From Alphaproteobacteria bacterium (GTDB lineage: Bacteria; Pseudomonadota; Alphaproteobacteria; Bin95): 64,000 nucleotides of DNA. A program made the translations under genes and the position numbers. Shown in pieces: positions 30,044-38,685 of this stretch (position 1 is its first letter; each line of letters starts with the position of its first letter). Location: the NCBI GenBank assembly GCA_964291285.2, contig OZ219785.1, positions 128,001 to 192,000 of the forward strand, written 5' to 3'. Below the pieces are notes generated by a model that saw only the letters and a program-made list of their open reading frames with translations, ran no database searches and was not told where the DNA came from.

Positions 30044-33016
30044 CTACAGCCCCATGTCCATCTCGATACGCTTGCCGCGGGCGGGAGGTTCGGGTGCCCT
30101 GTCCCGCGACGGGGACGGTCCGACTTCCCGTTCCGGCGTGGGCGGCGCGGATGCTTCCGGACCCCGCCGTTCGACACTGGTCAGCGCTTCCCCGTTCTTC
30201 CCGTGCCCGCGTTCCGTTTGGACACTTTCCCCGATGCCTTCGAGCGCGGAGATGCGCTCACCGGTCACGGCTTCGAGGCGTTCCCTGAGCGCCCGGGCGT
30301 CGTCGGTGACGAGTTCCGCGCGGTCGCGGGCGCGGCTGATCTCGACATAGAACGCCTTGGCGGTAGTCAGGAGCGGGTGCTTCGCCTCCATTGCGGCGAT
30401 CACATTATCGACCGTGCGCCCCTGGAAGGCATGTACGGTCGAGGCCCAGGCGCGGTCGAGATGGCGCAACTGCGCATCGCCCGGGGTGAGGGCAAGCTTG
30501 CGGCCCTCCTCCAGCAGGAAAGTCGCCCGCCCGTTGCGCACGCCCAGCACCTCGGCCGTGCCGCTGTTGACGACGCCCAGCCCCTTGTCGTTGCGGGTCC
30601 AGCGGATGCGGTCGCCGGCGCGCAACTCGACGGTCTCGGCCCGGTAGACCTCGCTTCCACCCCGCCACCCGCCGATCTCCGACGGTTTCCAGGCCACGGT
30701 CCCGCCGTTCGGGCCTTCCAGATGCACGGTCCGGTTTGCGTGATCGACACGCTCGACACGCCGTTCGTCCCCCTTCTCCACGCCGATGCGCCTGTAGGAC
30801 CGGTGGAAGGCCACGACATCGCCGGGCGCATAGTTTGCCGCCAGTGCCTTCTCCGCCCCGGTATAGCCCTTCGAGACGAGCCGCTGCGTTTGCAGGGCCG
30901 GCCCTGCAATGTGGCCCTCGCGGGCGAGACGCTCGCGGATATGGGCGTTGATCCTCTCGCGCAGCGCATGGCTCGGCGCCATCACCCCGGTGCGCTCGCG
31001 CTCCTCCGGCGAGAGCTTCAGCCAGCGCGCCGCGACCGCGCCGGCGATGTTGTCGGGCTTGACCTCGGCGACATTGGCGCCGAGCTTGTCGAATGCCCTG
31101 CCGATCTCGCCCGCCAGGCTGGCCTCGACAGCGGCCTTCAGGTCGGGGTCGCGCTGGCGCATGATCTCGCCCATCACGGCGGTCTTCATGCCCGCGGCCT
31201 GGAGCTGGGCGAAGGGCTTGCCGGCATCGACGGCATCAAGCTGCTTCGCATCGCCCACCAGCACCAGCCTGGGGATGCGCAACTCGCCTGCGATCCGCAG
31301 CAGGTCGCGGGCCTGGACGGTGGAGGCCAGCGAGCCTTCGTCGACCACCAGGATCGTCCTGGCGAAGGCGGCGCGCAGTTCCTTCGCACCCTTCTTCGTC
31401 AGCCTGCCCTCGGCGATGCCGGCATTGCGGGCGAGGAAGCGTTGCAGGGTTTCGCTCTCGATGCCGGATTCGGCGGCCAATGTCCGAACCGCCGAAGCCG
31501 ACGGCGCCAGGCCCGCCAGGCGCCAGCCCTTCTTCTCCGCCAACGCCCGCGCGCGGTTCAGCATCCGCGTCTTGCCCGTCCCGGCATAGCCCTGCACCCC
31601 CACCGTGCGGTCCTTCCCGGACAGGACCAGCTTCACCGCCTCTCGCTGTCCGGCCGTGAGCGGTCCCTCGCGCAGATGCCGGTCCACCGTCCAGCCGCGC
31701 ATCGGCGCGCTTCCCCGGCCTTCGCCGCGCCGCATCAGCGCGACCGTCTCGCGCTCGTCGGCCACCGCCCTGTCGGTGGTCAGCCCCCCGCCGCCCTCGA
31801 ACGCCAGCGCATCGTGCAGCCGCCCCTCGCGCCTGAGCCCGTCCACGGCCCGCTCGATCTCTCCAATGGAGGCGGAACCCGGACTGTAGGCCAGCGCGGC
31901 GGCCAGCAGGTCGGTCTTCGCGAACACTGCGTCGCGCTCCGAGATATGGGCCAGCGCCCAGGCCACCGCCTCCCGCGCCGGGTTGGACCACGCGGCGTGC
32001 TCGAACAGGTCGGCCTGAGGCGGCGCCGCAGACGGTTCATCCTTGCCGGTGTCGATGCCGTCATGTTGCTTGCCGTCCCCGCCGATGCTTCGCTCCCTCG
32101 CCCTGGCCACAAGTGCCCTGGCATCGAAGCCGAGGTCGGCGGCCTGCCTGGCCCAGGTCTCGCGCAGCGCCTCACGGTCGACATCGCGCTTGGCCGCCCG
32201 CGTCATCAGCGCCGCGCGGCGGGCCAAGTGCTGGTTCTCCGCCGTGCCGCCGAGACCCCGGCCCGCCAGCGCCGCCTCGATCTCGGCCCGGCGGGTGGAG
32301 AAGGCCGCCACGATCTCGCGCGATACGCCCGCGATCTCGAACCGCCCGTCCGCATGGGTCTTCTGGATGCCGTAGCCGAACCTGGCGAGTTCCCCGGCAA
32401 GCTCGCTTCTGTACAAGGCGCCCAGCAGCATCTTCGAGGCATACAGGCTTTCGTTGGCCATGGTCCGCCACTTGCCGTCCGGCCCGAGCAGCATGTTGGC
32501 GACCACCGAATGGGTGTGCAGCGCCGGGTCGAGGTTGCGGGACGTTTCGTGCCGGAAGGTGGCGACCACCGTCTTCTGACCCCCGGTCCGCACCATGCGC
32601 CCGGTCTCCCCGTCCTGCATCCGGGTCTTGGCGGCATTCCGCTCGAACCAGTCGAGGGTGCGCCCGACCGCCCGGTCATGGGCATCGACGATGCGGCCGT
32701 CGCCGCCGACGAGTGCGGCCAGAGAGACGGATTTCGGGGCGCTGAAGGTCAGGTCGCGGCCGGGACGGTGGCGGATTTCGCCATCGCCGAGCCTTCGGCC
32801 CAAGCGTTTCCCCGAACCGTCCGGAACCTCGCCTTCCAGCACTGACCGGAAGGTGTCCGGGTCTACCGGCCCTTCGAGGCCGAGCGCCTCGGCGCCCTTG
32901 CCAGTCCACGCACTGGCTGCCCGGTGCTCAGGGGAGTCCCTGGCGTAGTAGCCGTCCCTCTCATAGTAGCCAGCACCCTGGGACGGGCTTGCCACCGCGC
33001 CGACCGAGGCAACCAT
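30044..33016 (-). CDS. MOBF (TrwC/TraI-like) relaxase-helicase
   Basis: GYYERDGYY tyrosines, DLTFSAPKSVS, HETSRNLDPALHTH (HUH), GYAGTGKT, VVDEGS, STVHAFQGRT. Confidence 0.95.
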   Translation of the reverse strand: MVASVGAVASPSQGAGYYERDGYYARDSPEHRAASAWTGKGAEALGLEGPVDPDTFRSVLEGEVPDGSGKRLGRRLGDGEIRHRPGRDLTFSAPKSVSLAALVGGDGRIVDAHDRAVGRTLDWFERNAAKTRMQDGETGRMVRTGGQKTVVATFRHETSRNLDPALHTHSVVANMLLGPDGKWRTMANESLYASKMLLGALYRSELAGELARFGYGIQKTHADGRFEIAGVSREIVAAFSTRRAEIEAALAGRGLGGTAENQHLARRAALMTRAAKRDVDREALRETWARQAADLGFDARALVARARERSIGGDGKQHDGIDTGKDEPSAAPPQADLFEHAAWSNPAREAVAWALAHISERDAVFAKTDLLAAALAYSPGSASIGEIERAVDGLRREGRLHDALAFEGGGGLTTDRAVADERETVALMRRGEGRGSAPMRGWTVDRHLREGPLTAGQREAVKLVLSGKDRTVGVQGYAGTGKTRMLNRARALAEKKGWRLAGLAPSASAVRTLAAESGIESETLQRFLARNAGIAEGRLTKKGAKELRAAFARTILVVDEGSLASTVQARDLLRIAGELRIPRLVLVGDAKQLDAVDAGKPFAQLQAAGMKTAVMGEIMRQRDPDLKAAVEASLAGEIGRAFDKLGANVAEVKPDNIAGAVAARWLKLSPEERERTGVMAPSHALRERINAHIRERLAREGHIAGPALQTQRLVSKGYTGAEKALAANYAPGDVVAFHRSYRRIGVEKGDERRVERVDHANRTVHLEGPNGGTVAWKPSEIGGWRGGSEVYRAETVELRAGDRIRWTRNDKGLGVVNSGTAEVLGVRNGRATFLLEEGRKLALTPGDAQLRHLDRAWASTVHAFQGRTVDNVIAAMEAKHPLLTTAKAFYVEISRARDRAELVTDDARALRERLEAVTGERISALEGIGESVQTERGHGKNGEALTSVERRGPEASAPPTPEREVGPSPSRDRAPEPPARGKRIEMDMGL

Positions 33017-33723
33017 CAGACCCAGCACCCATGATCGCGCCTGCGCCGTGTGCGGCCGGCAGGGGTTGAACCAGCGGGTTCGCCGCGCCGCGCGACAGCG
33101 GCATCCGGCTTGCCGGGAGGAGATGCGGCGGGTCCGGGCGCAGCGATTGCCGATGCAAAATCCCGCACGGCCGATGACGACGCGGCACCATGTGCAACAG
33201 TATCTGGCGCCGATACCGGCCTCTCTCTCGGCAAGGACAATCGCTCCTGCTCTTCAGACCACTGTGCGAACGCCCGCTCGTGGGCGGGGCGTTGTTGGGT
33301 TCGGCCCCCACCCCTCCGCCGCCCAATCAGCACGAGGCACAGCAGCGCGCCGCCCGACCCCGACAGGGCGCCCAGCGTTGCACCGTTCCAAGCCGCCGCC
33401 AGAATATCCTCCCGCGCCCAGCGCGCCTCCAGGGTGACCGTGAGGCCGTAACGACTGACCGTCTCGACCGTACCGTTCGCCCTGCGGTATTCCACCGGCG
33501 TGTCCTCGCCGAACCCGGCGGCGATCAGAAGGCCCGCGACCGTGACCTTGGCCGCCGCGTACCAGTCATGCCCCGAGGTGTCCCGCGCCAGAACGACCGC
33601 GCCGCCGAGAATCGCCATGGAGACCGCGGCCATCGCCGCGGCGACGAACCCTTGCCGCCACAACTCGCCGTCGAAGACGGGCCGCCATCCGGTGCGGCGC
33701 CCGTGATGTGCGCGGTTTGCCAA
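33016..33723 (-). CDS. Membrane protein resembling a coupling-protein N-terminus without the ATPase domain
   Basis: Two hydrophobic segments and a low-complexity tail; TGATG coupling to the relaxase; no Walker A. Confidence 0.5.
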   Translation of the reverse strand: MANRAHHGRRTGWRPVFDGELWRQGFVAAAMAAVSMAILGGAVVLARDTSGHDWYAAAKVTVAGLLIAAGFGEDTPVEYRRANGTVETVSRYGLTVTLEARWAREDILAAAWNGATLGALSGSGGALLCLVLIGRRRGGGRTQQRPAHERAFAQWSEEQERLSLPRERPVSAPDTVAHGAASSSAVRDFASAIAAPGPAASPPGKPDAAVARRGEPAGSTPAGRTRRRRDHGCWV

Positions 33724-34067
33724 TGGATCGTCCTCCCTGCCGCGGCCGTTGCCGGATCACGGGCGTGGTTTCCGGGGACGGCACTGCGGGCGCCCCGGTC
33801 GCCGCCACTGCAGAAACATGATGGGAACCCGTGGTCTTCTCAACCGGATCAGTTGAGTATTACCAATGGATTGACGACACAGATGCGTAACCCTGCGCGT
33901 GGCTACGGTCTTTTTTCCCGAACGATCAGGCCCGCAAACGCACGACAGCCATGGACGGCGCAGAGATGTGAAAGAAATTCTCGACTGCGATATAATGGGG
34001 AGCAGGTTCCCCGCCGCCTGCGGGTGCCGGGGGGCCTGGCCGAAACCAACCGGGTTGGCAAACCGAC

Positions 34068-37000
34068 ATGGACACGAGCGAACGGTTCTTCGACCAGCCG
34101 GTTCTCAATTCGCCATACGAGGTTCCCGCGCGGCACTGGGAGCTTGACGAAAGCGGCCAGCCCACCGACCGCCTCCTCGAGCGGCGGCGCGAGGTCTCCT
34201 TCCTTACGCCGATCCCCAGGCCCCGGAAGGGCAAGAGCGCGCAACAGACGCTGATCTTCGACGAGGCGGCGCAGCGGGCCTCGACCGACGGCCAGCAATA
34301 CGAGTTGGCCCAGACCATCAACAGCGTGCGCAACGAGGTCGGCCGCTGGCGCGCGCTGCCGGACCCGGCGCAGTGGAGGGTCACGCCGGAGACGGCGCGG
34401 CTGCTGCGCCACTGGCGCCACCACAGGTTCAACGACATCCGCCCGTTCTTCTGCCAGGTCGAGGCCGTGGAGACGGCGATCTGGCTGACCGAGGTCGCCC
34501 CGAGTTACGGCAACGCCGGGCGACGGTTCCTCGAACATCTGGAAGGGGCCAGCGAGGAGGCGAACCCCGGTCTTGCCCGGCTCGCCCTGAAGCTCGCCAC
34601 GGGCGCCGGCAAGACGACCGTCATGGCCATGCTGATCGCCTGGCAGACCGTCAACGCGGTCCGCCGCCCGAACAGCCGGCGGTTCACCCGGGGGTTCCTC
34701 GTCGTCACCCCCGGCATCACGATCAGGGACCGGCTCCGCGTCCTTCAGCCCAACGACCCTGACAGCTACTACAAGAGCCGGGAACTGGTGCCGGGCGACA
34801 TGCTGGCCGACCTCGGCCGGGCCAGGATCGTCATCACCAACTTCCATGCCTTCAAGCGCCGCGAGACGATGGAGGTCTCGAAGGGCGGCCGCGCCCTCCT
34901 CCAGGGCCGCGGCCCCGACCTGCGCTCGCTGGAGAGCGAAGGCCGGATGCTCCAACGGGTCATGCCCGAACTCATGGGCATGAGGAATGTGCTCGCGCTG
35001 AACGACGAGGCGCACCACTGCTACAGGGAAAAGCCGGGGGAGGGCGACGAAGGCAGGTTCACGGGCGACGACCGCAAGGAGGCCGAGAAGAACCGCGAGG
35101 CCGCGCGGCTCTGGATCTCCGGGCTGGAGGCGGTGGAGCGCAAGCTCGGCCTCGCCCGGGTGATCGACCTCTCCGCAACGCCGTTCTTCCTGAGCGGTTC
35201 CGGCTACGCGGAAGGCACGCTCTTCCCCTGGACGATGAGCGACTTCTCGCTGATGGACGCGATCGAGTGCGGCATCGTCAAGCTGCCGCGGGTGCCGGTG
35301 GCCGACAACATTGCCGGCGGCGACATGCCGAAATTCCGCAACCTGTGGGAGCATATCCGCCAGGACATGCCGAAGAAGGGCCGCGGCAAGGCCGCCAGCC
35401 TCGATCCCCTGCAGATTCCGGTGCCCCTGCAAACGGCCCTGCACGCCCTCTATGGCCACTACGAGAAGACCTTCGAATTGTGGCGGGAGGCGGGGATCGA
35501 GGTGCCGCCCTGCTTCATCGTCGTCTGCAACAACACTTCGACCTCGAAGCTGATTCACGACTACATCGCCGGCTTCCGGCGCGAGAACCGGGACGGCTCC
35601 ACGGTGCCTGAAAACGGCCGCCTCGAACTGTTCCGCAACTTCGACGAGCACGGCAACCCGCTGGCGCAACCGCGCACCCTGCTGATCGACAGCGAGCAGC
35701 TGGAGTCCGGCGAGGCGCTCGACCGGAACTTCCGCACGGTGGCCGCCGACGAGATCGACCGCTTCCGCCGTGAGATCGTCGAACGCACCGGCGACCGGAA
35801 GCGCGCTGAAAACCTGTCCGACCAGGAGCTGTTGCGCGAGGCGATGAACACCGTCGGCAAGGAAGGCCGGCTCGGCGGCGCCACGCGCTGCGTCGTCTCG
35901 GTCTCCATGCTGACCGAAGGCTGGGACGCCAACACCGTCACCCATGTGCTCGGGGTGCGCGCCTTCGGAACCCAGCTTCTGTGCGAACAGGCGGTCGGCC
36001 GTGCGCTGCGCCGTCAGTCATACGCACTCAGTGACGAGGGCGTCCTGCCCGTCGAATATGCCGATGTGCTCGGCATCCCGTTCGACTTCACGGCCAAACC
36101 CGTGGTCGCCCCGCCGCAGACGCCGCGCAAGACGGTGCAGGTCATGGCCATGCGTCCGGAGCGCGATGCCTGCGAGATCCGCTTCCCGCGGGTCGCCGGC
36201 TACCGTATCGCGTTGCCGGAGGAGCGTTTGCAGGCAACGTTCGACGCCGATTCGACTCTCGAGTTGACCCCCGACCTGGTCGGCCCATCCGTCACCCGCA
36301 ACGAGGGGATCATCGGCGAAGGTGTGGACCTGAGTCTGGTGCACACTCGCGATCTTCGGCACTCGACCCTCCTGTTTCACCTCACCAAGCGTCTGCTGGA
36401 AACCAAGTGGCGCGACCCTGACGGGGAACCCAGGCTGTACCTGTTCGGCCAGCTCAAGCGCATCGCGCGCCAGTGGCTCGACGATCACCTGGTCTGCAAG
36501 GCCGGCACCTGTCCCGCGCAACTCATGTATATGGCGCTCGCCGACATGGCCTGCGAGCGCATCACCCGCGGCATCGTCGCGCGCCATGTCGGCGAGCGGC
36601 CTGTCGAGGCCGTTCTCGACCCCTACAACCCGGCGGGGTCGACCGCCCATGTGCGCTTCGCCACATCGAAGCAGACGCTGTGGAAGACCGATGCCCGCCG
36701 CTGCCACATCAACTATGTCGTCTGCGACAGCGATTGGGAAGCCGAGTTCTGCCGCGTCGCAGAGGGCCATCCCCGGGTCCGCGCCTATGTCAAGAACCAC
36801 GGGCTCGGTCTGGAGGTGCCCTATCGCCAGGGTGCCGAGGCGCGAACCTACATCCCCGACTTCATCGTGCTGGTGGACGACGGGCGGGGCGCGGACGACC
36901 CGCTGCAGCTGGTCGTCGAGATCAAGGGCCGTCGCGGGGAGGACGCCAAGGCCAAGAAGGCGGCGATGGACACCTATTGGGTGCCGGGCGTCAATGCGCT

Positions 37001-37154
37001 CGACACCTTCGGCCGCTGGGCCTTCACCGAGTTCGCCGCTGTCCACGAGATCGAATCCGAGTTCCGCAGCTTGCTCGATGGCCTTCTGTCGCCTGCCAGC
37101 GGCATCGCTGCCACGATGCCGCTGGCCCAACACGCCGCCCCGATACACGGATAG
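34068..37154 (+). CDS. res: Type III restriction Res subunit (SF2 helicase + PD-(D/E)XK)
   Basis: LKLATGAGKT, NDEAHH, SATP, MLTEGWD, QAVGRALR, YIPDF...VEIKG. Confidence 0.92.
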   Translation: MDTSERFFDQPVLNSPYEVPARHWELDESGQPTDRLLERRREVSFLTPIPRPRKGKSAQQTLIFDEAAQRASTDGQQYELAQTINSVRNEVGRWRALPDPAQWRVTPETARLLRHWRHHRFNDIRPFFCQVEAVETAIWLTEVAPSYGNAGRRFLEHLEGASEEANPGLARLALKLATGAGKTTVMAMLIAWQTVNAVRRPNSRRFTRGFLVVTPGITIRDRLRVLQPNDPDSYYKSRELVPGDMLADLGRARIVITNFHAFKRRETMEVSKGGRALLQGRGPDLRSLESEGRMLQRVMPELMGMRNVLALNDEAHHCYREKPGEGDEGRFTGDDRKEAEKNREAARLWISGLEAVERKLGLARVIDLSATPFFLSGSGYAEGTLFPWTMSDFSLMDAIECGIVKLPRVPVADNIAGGDMPKFRNLWEHIRQDMPKKGRGKAASLDPLQIPVPLQTALHALYGHYEKTFELWREAGIEVPPCFIVVCNNTSTSKLIHDYIAGFRRENRDGSTVPENGRLELFRNFDEHGNPLAQPRTLLIDSEQLESGEALDRNFRTVAADEIDRFRREIVERTGDRKRAENLSDQELLREAMNTVGKEGRLGGATRCVVSVSMLTEGWDANTVTHVLGVRAFGTQLLCEQAVGRALRRQSYALSDEGVLPVEYADVLGIPFDFTAKPVVAPPQTPRKTVQVMAMRPERDACEIRFPRVAGYRIALPEERLQATFDADSTLELTPDLVGPSVTRNEGIIGEGVDLSLVHTRDLRHSTLLFHLTKRLLETKWRDPDGEPRLYLFGQLKRIARQWLDDHLVCKAGTCPAQLMYMALADMACERITRGIVARHVGERPVEAVLDPYNPAGSTAHVRFATSKQTLWKTDARRCHINYVVCDSDWEAEFCRVAEGHPRVRAYVKNHGLGLEVPYRQGAEARTYIPDFIVLVDDGRGADDPLQLVVEIKGRRGEDAKAKKAAMDTYWVPGVNALDTFGRWAFTEFAAVHEIESEFRSLLDGLLSPASGIAATMPLAQHAAPIHG

Positions 37155-37174
37155 GGCGCGGGACGGTTTTGAAG

Positions 37175-37651
37175 ATGAGCACCAGGCTCTACTCCGGGAC
37201 GGAGTTGGACGCGCTGCGGGCGATGCCCAAACGGATTGCCAACCCCCGCGCGCGCTGGCTGGAAAAGCCCAAGGGCCGACCCACCCACCGGCAATGCAGC
37301 TTTCAAGCCTCCGGAGACGGCGGCACCGAGGAGCGTTTTCTGATATATCAGCGGCAGAACCTGCAAGATGAACAGGACTTCTCCTGCGGAATCGCCCACC
37401 TGCCTCGCGGTGCGCCGCCGCTGACGCTGGCGCGCTACAATGGGCCGAGCCACGAGCACGGGGACATAGCCTACCGCCCGCACATTCACCGCGCTTCGGA
37501 GAAGACTATAGCGGCCGGCCTGAAGCCGGAGTCCGGTGCGGAAGAAACCGAACGGTTCGAGACGTTGGAAGGCGCGCTTGCCTGTCTGGTAAACGATTTC
37601 AATGTAACCGGCATCAGCGTTCAGCACGATAACGAACCGAGGTTCCTTTGA
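37175..37651 (+). CDS. Hypothetical protein with conserved-looking His motif
   Basis: LARYNGPSHEH...PHIH; stop overlaps the next start. Confidence 0.7.
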   Translation: MSTRLYSGTELDALRAMPKRIANPRARWLEKPKGRPTHRQCSFQASGDGGTEERFLIYQRQNLQDEQDFSCGIAHLPRGAPPLTLARYNGPSHEHGDIAYRPHIHRASEKTIAAGLKPESGAEETERFETLEGALACLVNDFNVTGISVQHDNEPRFL

Positions 37652-38439
37652 TGGCTATCGACCCGGCCTCCCTTCAAAATCTGCTGTGCGAGCGCCTTTG
37701 CGAAGAGGTGAGGATCGACCGTCGGCCCGACGGCGCGTTGATGCTCCGGGCGCATTTCGAATTTCCCGACGGCGACCGCTATCCGATCCACCTCTCGGCG
37801 GCGGCATCGGGAGGGCTTCGCCTGTCGGACCGCGGACACACGCTGATGCATCTCAGCTATGAGCATGAGATCGACTCCTTCATGGACGGGACCCGGGGCA
37901 TGCTCCTCGAACGCATCATGGGCGAAACCGGACTCGGCTGGGACGGGGACAGCGGGGCGCTTTGCCTCGATACGGCCCCCGAGAACCTGCCGCAGGCCCT
38001 GTTCGTCTTCGGGCAGGCGCTGACGAGGGTGTACGACCTGACCCTGCTTTCGCGCTCGAATGTCGGTTCCACTTTCTACGACGACCTTGCCGATCTCCTG
38101 TTCAGCTTTGTGGACGAGGTCAGGATCGAACAGAACTTCCAGCCGGATGTTCCGAACGCCGACGCCTACCCCGTGGATTATCGCATCGACGGGAAGGGCG
38201 ATGTTCCGCTTTTCGTCTATGGTGTGCCCAACCGCGACAAGGCGCGTCTGGCCACCATCATGCTGTCGCACTTCCACCGGCACGCGCTGCGCTTCGAATC
38301 CATCATCGTCTTCGAACGCCAGGCCGAGATTCCGAGGGCGGATCTCGCACGTCTGTCGGATGTCGGCGGCGACATGATCTCGTCGCTCGCGTCGCATGAG
38401 GATTTCAACCGAAAGCTCTTGCAGCGTGTCGCGGCATGA
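37651..38439 (+). CDS. DUF1828-like protein
   Basis: FEFPDGD, LRLSDRGHTL N-domain; C-terminal YPVDYRI nuclease-like fold. Confidence 0.7.
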   Translation: MAIDPASLQNLLCERLCEEVRIDRRPDGALMLRAHFEFPDGDRYPIHLSAAASGGLRLSDRGHTLMHLSYEHEIDSFMDGTRGMLLERIMGETGLGWDGDSGALCLDTAPENLPQALFVFGQALTRVYDLTLLSRSNVGSTFYDDLADLLFSFVDEVRIEQNFQPDVPNADAYPVDYRIDGKGDVPLFVYGVPNRDKARLATIMLSHFHRHALRFESIIVFERQAEIPRADLARLSDVGGDMISSLASHEDFNRKLLQRVAA

Positions 38440-38466
38440 CGCGCCGTAGCCGATGAGGGAATGGGA

Positions 38467-38682
38467 ATGAAGCTGCATTATTATCCCGAGACGGACAGCC
38501 TCCATGTCGAGTTCAAGGCCGGGCCGGGCACCGAGACGCGGGAGGTGGCGGACGGTCTGAATCTCGATCTTGACGGTGATGGCAGCGTCGTGGGCTTCGA
38601 CATCGACCGGGCCTCGCGGCGTGTCGGTCTCTCGACACTGGAGGCCGAGGCGCTGCCGCCGCGCACGACCAGGGTGGCCTGA
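38467..38682 (+). CDS. DUF2283 protein
   Basis: YYPETDSLHVEF, DLDGDGSVVGFDI. Confidence 0.8.
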   Translation: MKLHYYPETDSLHVEFKAGPGTETREVADGLNLDLDGDGSVVGFDIDRASRRVGLSTLEAEALPPRTTRVA

Positions 38683-38685
38683 TCC

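Noticed and set aside
29358-30350. Repetitive ORFs (LRIAAASRFATV etc.)
   Set aside because: Translations of the CRISPR repeats.
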